Positions 24,601 to 36,380 of a stretch of 64,000 nt of DNA are shown here, piece by piece. The DNA is from Blasia pusilla (lineage: Eukaryota): NCBI GenBank assembly GCA_050084515.1, contig CM114271.1, forward strand, positions 39,556,001 through 39,620,000. Direction: 5' to 3'. Position 1 is the stretch's first letter, and every line of letters starts with the position of its first letter. A model generated the notes under the pieces. The model was not told the DNA's origin and ran no database searches. It was given only the letters and a program-made list of their open reading frames with translations. Made by a program: the position numbers and the translations under genes.

Positions 24601-25833
24601 TTAGCAGTCGTCGACGGTGACGAAGAGCTCGGCGGCGTCGTCGTTCCTGGGAAGCCATTGATAAACGTCCCACGATCGCTCCTGCGGCCCGACATCTGTG
24701 GAGGCGGAAAACGCCACCGTGTCCACGAACCAGCTGCCGAAGTACCACGTGTCGTCCGTGTACAAGGTCATTTTGCAGATGTGCGCGACGCAGTGGCCTG
24801 TCAGCTGGAACGTGTCGGTGTGGCCGCGCTCGAAATGCCGCTTGCCGTTGTCCAGCGCCATGAAAAGAACGTCCTCGCCGCCACTGTTCGCGAGCCGGAG
24901 ACTGATCACGGACTCGGTCCCGGCTCCGACTTGGTTCCCGGTTTTTATCACAACCGAGTAATCGCAGATCTGTTCTCACGACACAGCGGAACGAACGATG
25001 CTGAGTCACGTTTCCGTAAGAATCAGCTTCAACCCAAACACAATTAACAACCGACTTTAAGCCAACTCTACTGAACTCCTACTTCGCAGAGAAAGTAGCG
25101 AGAATCGAACTACTCATTCGACTACTGCTGTCCGCAGCTGATTGAGCGGGCTCTGTCACTGGACAACTTCGTACTATCTCGACGTCTCCAGTCGTGACGG
25201 ATACTCGCTGAATCCGAGCGACTCTGGCTATGTCGATCTCTGAGGTGGACGTTTCACTTCCTTCAATTCAAGCAAAATTGGAATTTGAACTTGTGCCGAG
25301 TCCGTCCGTCGTGCATCGTCATACATATTTGACCATCACCTTGATGCATTCGACTTTACGAAACGTGCGAGTGTGCGCTGTCACGAAATTTTATTACGGG
25401 TGAGGAGAGATCGAACGGACTGGAAAGACGGACATCTTTCCTTCCGTATTCATGATCAGGTCAGACTCTATGGATTCAGGATCAAAGACGTGACGTTCAG
25501 CGTTGGTCCTTTAACGGATGACTACGTGAGAGTCGGTGAGATCGAACACCGCGAGACTCCCAATTCCTTCATCGAATCAATCGATCACGAAATCGTCATT
25601 TGCGAAGGAAGACGCAGTCATGTCGCCGTGATGACGGTATGGACATGTTTGAAAGGCTTACCGACCTTGTATGTGTTGGGATCCGCTGCAAGCGTCGAAT
25701 TCGAGGCGTCAGATTGGGTTTGTACTCGAGCTCCAGCGACCACAGTGCGCACGTCGGAGCTACTTCCTCCGCAATGGCGCAAAAGCAGAGCTTGGAACAG
25801 CAGCAGCATCCGGCACTTCACGAGTCCCGCCAT
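24601..25833 (-). CDS. Secreted PLAT/LH2-domain protein, copy 2; exon 1 from 25833 to about 25666, exon 2 24969-24601
   Basis: MAGLVKCRMLLLFQALLLRHCGG signal-like start, with TATAAG at about 25925. Same phase-0 acceptor CAG|ATCTGC as copy 1. GAGTES, HFERGHTD, SWFVDTV, QWL and terminal VDDC motifs. The exon-1 donor is uncertain. Confidence 0.8.
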
Positions 25834-28790
25834 CGCGATCGCCAGCGTTCCGATTGTGCTTCGGGGAATCCGGTTCGCAGACCTGTCACTGCAAGCGCCG
25901 TGCACGTCTCGCCGCTTCTTCTTATAACCCCTGCGCACTAATCAACTCCTCCTCTTTCCTTCTCTTCGTCGTGAGACTTGACTCTCGAGTGAGTACGCGC
26001 CACAACAGACTCGCCTGGACTCTGGAGCGTGCGGCACGTGCAATCAATCTGCGAGCGTTTGGATCATTGTAACTATCGTATCGCCGAGAATCGCGTTTGC
26101 AACTGACTCTACGTACTGACCGCAATGGAGAGGAGCCGAATTAAGTCACCCTTAATACAGTCGACTTGTTAATCATGCCTTTCTTTGATTAACTTCGATG
26201 GATGTACGGAGTGAGTCTGTCTCTCGCACGTCTTCCCTTTACGGACTTTCACCACATGCACCAGGAATATGGTTCCTTTGAGTCTCTTATTGAATATGGT
26301 TCCATTCATATTTGTGAAATCTACAAGCTCTTCATCCGCTCCGTCATTCTTTATTAAATCTGTACAAGTAACAAAACATTCTTACATCAATAACTCATAT
26401 CAATCATTAAGAGACTCTTTTCATTAACGTCGACCTTGCATATTAATCAAGATTTGGAATTTAGTTATTAGTGGCCGTGTAAAAAGAGTTTTTGATGATT
26501 AATCCCGTGGCTAATAATAATATTAATAATGTATAAATGATGAAATGGTAGTCGTCATGTGCATATGACGACTACCATTGTTAAAAATAAAAATGCATTT
26601 TGATAATGATAGATGGAAAACCCATCAAAAATACACAAAACCTGAAGGCCACAACAAGACCAAACGAATCTTGAACTAGTGCACTTACTGTACTATGCAC
26701 TTGCAATACGTGTTCCTGAGCATATATTTCCAACTAATGGAATCACGAATAAAGTACTACAGGCACACATTTGTCATTTCGCAAAATATCTGCAAGTGCA
26801 TTATTTGCGAGCTGATCTAGTTCATTTGCGAATCCCACGATATTCAAAAGAATTTCAAACACGTCGTGAGTATGCAAGTTAAATTACTTGTAAATTGCAT
26901 TGAGATTAATGAGAATGGTTGTTAAATTACTCGTAAATTGGAAGTAATGATGTTTGCAACATTTAGGAGACATATGACTCGCAATGCAATAACATTTAGG
27001 TGACATATGGAGCACACACTCCAATATGACTAGTTTAGCATTCTCAAACAACAAAATCTCCATTTTCTTTTTTCTTCTCCACTATTTTCCTCTTCAATTG
27101 ATCCTACCTCTTTTTAAGAAATAAAAAATATTTAATGTCGAAAAACATGTAAAATTAATAAAAGAACTCGTAAGATTACATGTTTACTAAAAAATTGATC
27201 TTAAACGACAAGAAATAAATCTAAAATAAAAAAATCAAGAGAAACCAAAACCCTTGAAAAACAATTAGAAAATAAACTCAAATTAAAATGGTAATAATGT
27301 GTAAACTATTCTGCGAGTAAAAACTACTATAACTTGCCCAATATTTTCCGAAGTTGGTGAATTTTTTAATCAATACGTGAAATGGAATTTGAAATGTGTA
27401 TTTCTGTACGGGTGATTGAAAGAAAACTCCACAGAAGCTCCATACATTTTGCTGAGGCTTGTAAGACTCGGGAACCTTCGATCTATCTTCGTAAGGTTGA
27501 TATTTCAGCGTCCAGTCGCATTGCACCCGTGCAGCTTATGCATGTCTTTGCGCAAGACATTCCCACGCAGCCGTAGACACCAGATCACTGATGGCTGGTA
27601 CCGGAGCTGATCATCGATCTCGATCTCGAGTCCGATTCGATGCGGGTACGCAGAGAATCGGACTCGAGTCCATTCCGCATGCGCATACGAGAAGACTAAA
27701 CGTTCAAACGCGGTGCGGAACGAGACTGGATGCATTCGCGATCGCTGAAGCTGAAGCCGGAGATTTTCAAAACCCGCCAGTCGATCATCCGCGTAGAAAA
27801 GGGGCAGCGACGGGATTTGTTTTCCAGGCGACTGGTGTACTTTACGTGGAGCCTTCATTGCTTGCGAGAGAGCCGCCAACTGCCGCCACGAACAAGCATA
27901 GCATAGCTGCCATAGAACAGCCCGAGGCGATCGGGATGAGCATGATGCGAAGTACGACCAGGACCCAGACCTGGTGACGAGCATGATTAAATGCGTACAG
28001 GACGACCGATAGGCATTTGAAAACCTGAAGTTTCCACCGAGCCCCGTCGAAAGGAACGAATTCAAATCAGACGCTGTGACCTGCGACTAAACGTCGAGGA
28101 TTAAGAAGGAACTCATGTCGATCGCAATCTTGATCAATCAGTAATCTTGGATCGTACACAAACATTCACGACCTGCCACGGAATTGTACAGTTTGTGAGA
28201 GGTGCCTGGCCATGTAGACTAATTACGTGAAAGTAGTGCTTGAGTATACCACGATATAATGAGGTCCTTGGACCACAAGAACCTTATGACAACACAGATC
28301 TATCCAGTCATATCACGGGAATAATTACAAGTGCTGTGACAGGAAAGAAACATGTCGAATCCTCGAGCGATAACATCCGACATAATCTTCCCATACGACA
28401 AAATTGGACCGCTTTTCTTCACAGAAATTCCAAAGCCCGAAGGTTTTCATTTTAATTCCCTGAAGATCTTGCGACAGTCGCACGCCATTCACGACGACGA
28501 ATGCATAATTTTCTGTATTGACAAGAACATCGCGCGGAGGATATATAACATCTCCAACTAGTCGTATGTGGATCTACGTTAAGCTTCTAATTCCTCATTG
28601 TGAATTTTTGACACGATTCACGAGAAAGAAGGCTCGGGGGACGTGCATGTGAAATATCCAGAATCCTATCTGCCCATGAATTCTGCCAGCTATAGATACA
28701 TATGCGCCATACGTACGTATATCTATTTATATAGATGGAAGCGCAGTGTTCCGACGTCAAAATCAGAAATGGATGTCGCAGTGGCTGCGC

Positions 28791-29677
28791 TCAGCAGTCA
28801 TCGCGGACAAGAAAAAGGGAAGCCGCCGCGTCATCCTTCGGTAGCCACTGGTGAAGCTGCCATGTTTTGTCAAATCGCCCCGCGCTCGCGGAGACGGAGA
28901 CGCTGACAGTCTCCACGTACCAACTGGGAAAGAAGCCCGTGTTATCGGTGTACAGAATGAGCTTGCAGAACTTGCCCACGCAGGTACCTAGAACTTGGAA
29001 GATGTCGATGTCGCCCCTCTCGAAGTTGTTGTTTCCGTTGTCCAACGCTGGAAAATACGCCTCCTTCCCGTCCTTGTCTGATATTCGGAGCCCGATCGTG
29101 GAATCGGTGCCCGCACCGAACCTCTTCCCCGTCTCCGTCGTCACCGTGTACAAACACGACTGCACAGGATCGAGCACTCACTCACATACACATGTCAGGA
29201 GCAATCCATCCGGATCTCTGCACCCTCAATCAGCGAATCGTGCTCAGCTGAAATACATCATCGACAGGGACTTCGAAGTGAACAGTTTCGTTAATTGCGC
29301 ATATGGCAGAACCACTGAAAAGAAGTTTCAAAGAAAAGCGCCGTGGCGCTGAGGGATCAAGACTGAAGCAGTGGATGCAGAAGCCTGTGTGAAGCTGAAG
29401 CACAGTGATCGTGAGATTGCAAGGGAAATTGAAGTTTCTGATTACTTACGTCCCCACCATTGGGTGTTTCTGATTTCTCCCTCGCGATAGCAGCGGAGCG
29501 ATCTAGATCCGGATCTGTCCATGTCGCGGGCGCCGTGTGGGAATCGCCCATTACACGGCTGGAGATCGCCGCACACCGAGATGGAAAGAGCGATGGAAAC
29601 AGAGCCGCGACGACCATCACCTCGAGAATGATCATCGAAGGGGAGAGAGGACGCCGATTCCCGCGCGCGCAGACCAT
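28791..29677 (-). CDS. Secreted PLAT/LH2-domain protein, copy 3; exons 29677-29450 and 29159-28791
   Basis: Hydrophobic MIILEVMVVAALFPSLF segment. GAC|GTAAGT donor and CAG|TCG acceptor, both phase 0. GAGTDS, NFERGDID, WYVETV, QWL and RDDC motifs. Confidence 0.88.
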
Positions 29678-30042
29678 CGCTACAGAGCTCCTTGAGAATT
29701 CCTGAATTCCTGGGAAGACGGTGTGCACAACCCTCCGGATGCGGACACCGAATAAAAGCTCAGGTCGGTCGACCTCAAGGGAGCTACCATGCTTGCCACG
29801 ATGCGTACGATCCTCTTCGCATGCACCACGTGCATGCCTAGAATATTGTTAGGGCCGTCGATTCTGCATCCCCATGCTCTCGGGCTTTCCATGCGGGGCC
29901 GGCAGGGGAAGATCTGCCGAGATAGCCGTCGCACCTTCCATAACAAACTACGCCGTTCCGGCTTTTGATAGATCCCACTTAGCTTACACTTCCACAGTTC
30001 CAGTTCTAACAGCTGGCACTTGTCGTGATTGCGTGCGTCCAT

Positions 30043-30660
30043 GCAGCAGCTGAGAGTTTCAATAATACTGTGCCGCAGTCAGATTAGTCAGATTGCAGCA
30101 GCTGAGAGTTTTAATATCATGCCGCAGTTAGATTAGTCAGATTGCAGCAGCTGAGAGTTGCAATATCATGCCGCAGTTAGATTAGTCAGATTGCAGCAGC
30201 TGAGAATTGCAATATCATGCCGCAGTTAGATTAGTCAGATTGCAGCAGCTGAGAGTTGCAATATCATGCTGCAGCTAGATTAGTCAGATTGCAGCAGCTG
30301 AGAGTTGCGATTCTATGAAGCGGTTAGATTAGTTAGATTGCAGCAGCTGAGAGTTTCAATGTTATGCCGCAGTTAGATCAGTCAGATTGCAGCAGCCCGG
30401 ATATTATGCACCGGTTAGAAGACTAGTTAGGTTGCAGCGGCCGGGAGTTCCGAGATTGTGCTGCACGCAGTTACCTTTTAAGTTCCAGCTGCTGGCGATT
30501 CCAGTGGTTGCGCGCGTCCATGCAGAAGCTGAGAGCTTCGATGTTTTGCCGCAATTGGATTAGATGGAATGCAGCGGGATGTTATGTAGCAGTTAGATCG
30601 GTGAGATTACAGCAGCTGAGAGTTCCCATATTGTGCAGGCAGTCAGACTAGTATGTTGCG
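30043..30660. repeat. 49-bp minisatellite: about 7 well-conserved units plus degenerate ones
   Basis: Unit GCAGCAGCTGAGAGTTGCAATATCATGCCGCAGTTAGATTAGTCAGATT. Confidence 0.92.
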
Positions 30661-31347
30661 GACACGCGTAGTAATACAGCAAGTTCAAACTCGAGTTATT
30701 CGCGCACTCATCTTCAGGATCAGCGGGTGTCGATCGGCCTGAAGATTGATATCTGCTCTCGGTGGACGCCTTCGCATATCCTGGCGATCCGAGCACTTCA
30801 GTAGCATCATCCATGGAACGGAAGATTCGATGCTGGAATCGGAACACTTGGAAGTCGTTCATCATGTCGGCCTTGCTGCCGAGATTTCAATCAATGAATG
30901 AGTTCGGGCGGCTACGACGCAAACTAAACGAGGAACCTTTTATTTCCAAAATTCTCGAAATCGATTCATACAGTCTTGTTCATACATCGATATCTGGAGA
31001 TCTAATGCGTACATAGGTGAATTTCATTTTGCATTGGGATCTGACCTGTACCCCCAACCTCCTGCCGTAACACAATTCGGCACCCATCATGAATTGGAAT
31101 ATAGAGATTGTACGCGAGCCCAAGGTTCATTGGCATTGTGACTCGATCAATTCCCCCCACGTCCCTTGCCCCTGGAGCGGAGCGCACAGGGTATATACTA
31201 GCTCCGTCCCGGCTTGTGCTTTGATCACATGTCGTCGTAATTAGAGAAACTATCTACCACCTGGAAGCTCTCTAGCCATGGCCAGGATCAATTCGAATCT
31301 ATGTTTACGTAACCGGAATTTCGAGCAAGCGCTAGAATTCATAATGC

Positions 31348-31407
31348 TGCTCTGCTCTCCTCTGCTCTGCTCTGCTCTGCTCTGCTCAGCTCAGCTCAGC
31401 TCAGCTC
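31348..31407. repeat. (CTCTG)n/(CTCAG)n pentanucleotide microsatellite
   Basis: Direct inspection. Confidence 0.8.
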
Positions 31408-31592
31408 GTGATCGAGTCCGGATGAAGCCTGGTTGAGCATGCGTTCCAGAGCCGAATTTGTAACCATTGAATAATATGGTTACATGGCAAGCAGGTCGGC
31501 TGCTCCTGCGAGCAGGCTTCGAGTGATGGTGAAAGGATCAACTGAGTCCAAACCCAGCTCTAGCTACCGGTATCTCCATTGCTTTTGGCGGC

Positions 31593-34290
31593 CTACTTGA
31601 AGGTGCTGAAATCGGGCACGCAATTATTAGGTGTAAGTCCCTCGGCAGGATAAACGTGCTTTCCTGTGAAGAAACGCTCTGCCGCAACTCGGTTGACCGC
31701 CTCAGAGAGATGGAGACCATCCCAAGTTCCATGCCTCGACGGATGTACACACGCAGTGACATTCACAAAAGCCCTACCTCCGTCGATGTAACCCGTCTGC
31801 CCGCAGGTCAATCGCGGACTGAAGTTGTACGCTCCTCCTGAGCCGCAGCATGCAGTCAGGATGGAGGAAGCATTGAATCCTGTGAGTTCACATTCCAGTA
31901 CTCAATTAGCGTCGCGCGTACATCATGAAGAAATCCCTGAATCGCCGCTTCCCTTTTCACATGCGCATGCACTCTGGACCGATGACTACCGTCCAATCGA
32001 CTCAAGCTTCACTTCGACATGCAAGCACGCAGACTTTGTCCCGGGAGATCAGCACGTTCATGGACTTTTTCTCGTGGTCAAGATCTTTGATAGGAGACAG
32101 ACGATGAAGGGATTCAGTTTCAGGGAATGGAATGTCTGGGAAGGGCCTTCGCTTCCTAGGGTTCTTCTCAAGTGCAAGAGAGGACGGTACTCACCGTATG
32201 TCTGCGGATTTTGGATTATGTCGTACGTGCTCTGGTACAGATCCCCGTAAACGAGAGTGGCTCCCGGATACTTCTCGCGCAATGTTGCGATGGCTAGAGA
32301 CAGCAATCTGTTGTGGCGCTTAATCAGGTTGTTGAATCGCTTGAGACATCCCACCTCGTCATAGTCGCTCGGCTGCCCGGGATACAACGTCAGAAAAGCA
32401 GGCGTGCATCCCAAAGGTGGAAGATTCACCACCAGAATGGTGTTGGCGCCGTCGATGTGCAAGGTCTGATCCCGAGATTCGTAATCGCATCGCCACACAC
32501 CGAAACAAGAGGCAATCAATCGATGCTTTCATTAGTCTTAGTCGATCTATATGTATTTCCATTCGCATCATCGGTGTTAATCCCAACCGCAAGCTCAAGC
32601 TGCAACCTACTGTCAGAACTCCATGTCCGGTCATGATGAAGGGAGCCCGGGCTCCCCATTTACGTTGGCAATAATTGGAGACGGTGCGCCTGATGACTGT
32701 CAGATTGAAGAGCGAATAGAATTTTTTCGCAGGAATAGCTGCATTTCTAGTCAGAATTTATTTGTCTAGATTTTACCAAGTCTCCACTGTAACAGCTGCA
32801 TGTCATCGATTTTCCGTCGGCGAGTTAGATCTACGCATGTAGACCTTAATTTCCAAGCACGTCTCGAGCCAGCACTGTGAGATCGATGAATGGGAGTATT
32901 GAAAATTAATTCGGGTGGCCAGATCTAGATGCGCAGGTCGAAGAGCCGTTGTATATACTGCGTGGAAAACAAGATAGATCCTTACCTCCAAGTTCTCGGC
33001 CAATCTGCTCACTATGACTGGCACCGACGCTGCTATCTCCTGCTCCGGCACACCATCGCTGTACTGCATCACGTAGTCAGTCGCGCCGATGAACACAATG
33101 TGCAAGGAGCGATTGAAGGCTCCAAGCTCTGGAGCGTCGGTTACGTTCTCTGCACGAGTTGCGCACGATTACACTCACGATCAAACCACCGCCGCAAGCT
33201 GTCTAACGTGCATCGTATTCGGGACGGGACATCTGTACGCACTTATCGCTTAGTTTTCAGTCTGTCCGTCGAAGAATTCAAGAGTGAAATTTCCAGTGTC
33301 TGTAGAAAGCATAGTGTGAGAATATATTGAAATTTGGGTTTTGGAGCTCGAGTATGAAGATTGAGTGAGTGCGGACGATGGGGAGGGAGTACTTCGTACC
33401 CAGATCTTCGTCCATGACTGCAACGCGTCTCTTGAATCTGCGTAACCACTGGATCTGAACGTCCAGAGTGAAGGGCGTTCGAGGAATAATCCCCACGCTG
33501 CTTCTCGCTGTCACATTGGTAGCTGGCTGGGGTAGCACCGTTGCTCCAGCTGCCGCGAAGTTGGCCCCACTTCCCAATGTCGTCTGCACGCTTCTCAAAT
33601 ACGCACTTGATGGAGTATGTCCGATTGCCCACGCTGATTTCATCAATTCCACCGACACAACTTATTTCTCTGTCCAGTTTCTGAAGACTATTCCTCGATA
33701 TATTCGCCATCAGACCCGTCCTCTATCCTATCATCCGCGAAATTCATATAACGATCACTTTAGAGCACTAAGCTTATTGGGAAATGTAGCTTGCAAGCCT
33801 TGGCACTACAGCTCCTACTCAGCTTTGCGCATAAGATTGAGATATGTTAGAACATTCGAACGACGAAAGATCAATGCGCTATCCCTGATGATGTCTAGAG
33901 ATCATTTGCACCAACTGAACCACATTCCACACATGTGCACTGAAACGCTCCTATAGAAGTTGAGGGTTCCTTGATATATTATGAACACAACCTGCGAAAT
34001 CTCCGAGAAGCCGGCCGTCTGAAAATCGATCCGCCCCGTGTCCAGGCCAAGATTTGCCGAAGGGATCATTCTCTATGCGTGCAAACGCCTCAGGGTAAGC
34101 CGAAATAGCATTCCCCGCGTCCACAAAGGAGTCACCAAAGATGAATAATGCTGGGAAACAGGTTTTTGATATCGATGCATTCTTTGCAGAAACCAGCGCA
34201 ATACCAAGTTCCGGATTCAGCATACAAATGCTGCAAAGAAACCCTAACACGAGCTTCTTCATAATTCGAGGTTGCACTGTGACAGTCCCC

Positions 34291-34292
<2 letters not shown>
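31593..34292 (-). CDS. GDSL/SGNH esterase-lipase (GELP), secreted; exons 34292-33992, 33633-33400, 33149-32986, 32465-32195, 31879-31593
   Basis: Signal peptide; FGDSFVDAGN (block I); RFSDGRLLGDF; GANFAAAGA (block II); FIGATD (block III); NLPPLGCTP; ACCGSGGAYN; WDGLHLSE (DxxH). All introns are GT..AG with compatible phases, giving the usual 5-exon GELP layout. The start may be 34262. Confidence 0.93.
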
Positions 34293-34326
<34 letters not shown>

Positions 34327-35789
34327 TTCATACTTGAACTTTGGAGTCTGGAGCTTTTTATATCGGTTGAAGCTGGACGTAGTAAGGCTTAGCTCGACAG
34401 CTCTCCGCGAGTCCGAATCCTACCAGCAGCAGATTCCATCACGCAGCAGGTCCTCGAATTTTCACCGATTGACTAGTTGAAGCTAACTATTGCGCATTCA
34501 ATCCGCGGGCTTGCCCCACATTTAAAGCGCCATTCGCTACAACTCCCGATGGAAAGCCCCATCCACTTCACACAGAGTATTTGGGGTGGATAGACCTGTT
34601 TCAACCCGCACTCAGGGCGCCCCTCCCCTCCCGCTCCTTCAAGATGTGGGAATTAACAGGCAACGCACGAAATCGATCCGGACCGACGATCGCGTATCAC
34701 AACAAAACGCAATTTGTATGTGTGCTGCTGCAGCTTCTTCTTCTCCAACATCATCATCATCATAAGTGCGCCTCCAAACAGGCACTTCTTTAATTCGATG
34801 TGCCGTCCGCACCTCTCTCGATCCCCGAGATCTTCTTCTAGAGTCCGGGTACAGGGACTTGGCGCTCCTTCCATGGAAAACGAATTCAAGAGAGACTGAC
34901 GGAACGCAATTGAATGAGTGAGAGAAAGCTCGTGACTGGGGCGCGAATTCCGAAAGACGAGTGAAGAACAATACATCATCGTGTTAGAGTTTAGGGATAC
35001 TAGAAATTTGATTTTTTGGCAGACTTTTGGTTATTGGAACGATAATCATCAATAGATTAGTCGTCCAAAAAGCGGCTGTTGTTGAATGTTCACAATAGTT
35101 CTTGCTTAGTGCTAGTCATTTATTTAACTAATCATTCAAACTTGCTTAGTGCTTAATACGAGGTCGCTAGTTTTAAATTTATTCTGGTAGTATTGATTTT
35201 AAATTGAAGAGAATGATGTCCTCTTCATTTTAGAGTCCTAACCCGATCGGTGTCCCTCCAATTTTCTTACGACAAGGTCATGTCATTGATTTAATTTTTA
35301 ACCATCACAAGTCTGCCATTTTGCCCCTGCATGCTTACTTCAAATGATTATATTTTTAATTTATCATGGCCAAATGGGAAATATTTCCGTGCATCACATC
35401 TAAATAGTCCTAGATAGATTTTAGATTCCTTTTACTAATTGTCAGATGGGATCTTGAATTCTATAATAGATTCGGTTATATTCTACATATTTTTCTTCTT
35501 TATTGGACACGAACATAGAAGAAAAAAAATTATAGATTTCATTAAAAATAAAAAAATAATTGTGAGATATTAAACTAATAACATAAAAAACCCAAAATAA
35601 TAAATAAATAGACTCCATGTGGGAGGTTGTATTCTACCATAGAATAGAATAGAATAGAATATATATATATATAAAAGTTATATACATGGACAACTTTAGC
35701 GCTCCATTATAGTTTATTAGTCATCTATGGGATTTGACCCGTGCACTTTGAATCATGATGGGTGATTATTTTGAAAGACATTATGCTAG

Positions 35790-36380
35790 TCCATATTATT
35801 AGAGGGTCTGCCATAGTTCCATGTTCGCTTGACCCGAGAGCAAAGAAGAAAATGTTTTCATATTATTAGAGGGTCTGCCATAGTTCCATGTTTGCTTGAC
35901 CCGCGAGCAAAGAAGAAAATGTTTTTATGACACTTGCGCTCAGCCCACCCAAGTGTCGTGGGGAATTCTCAACTTGCGCACCCGCACACCAAACAAGCAC
36001 CACAAAACACCCAGAGACTTCGTCCTCAGTACACCAAGCTGCAGAACACTCAACGTGCCATAAAACACTACGGGTCCGGCTCCGTCGTTTCCTTTCGCTG
36101 AATCGGCGGCTCACTTCGAGTAGCCGGTTGACATGCAAGTCACCACGGGCTCAGGCTTCCCTCTCTGGTCTGGGAAGTGGCGCAACTCGGCCCGAGCTCC
36201 CACAGCACCACCCACATCTCAAACGACTCCCGGAACTTACTCAGGACCAGCGGCGCTTCCGCGCGTGATTGGTACTCAGACTCGCACCAAATCTGTGTCA
36301 ATCCTGACTCTCGGGACTCCCTCAAACCTGCACCAACAACTAAAATATATCGCATGCACGCGGTCGCATGGAAATACTAG
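35790..36380 (+). mobile_element. Possible non-autonomous Helitron with a 67-bp tandem duplication at its 5' end
   Basis: Starts TCCATATTATTAGAGG. 35792-35858 is repeated at 35859-35925. Ends with a CATGC..GCATG hairpin followed by CTAG|T. Confidence 0.35.

Noticed and set aside
24440..25047. Overlapping 189-aa and 129-aa ORFs at PLAT copy 2 (similar shadows at copies 1 and 3)
   Set aside because: Alternate-frame or antisense shadows of a GC-rich coding exon.
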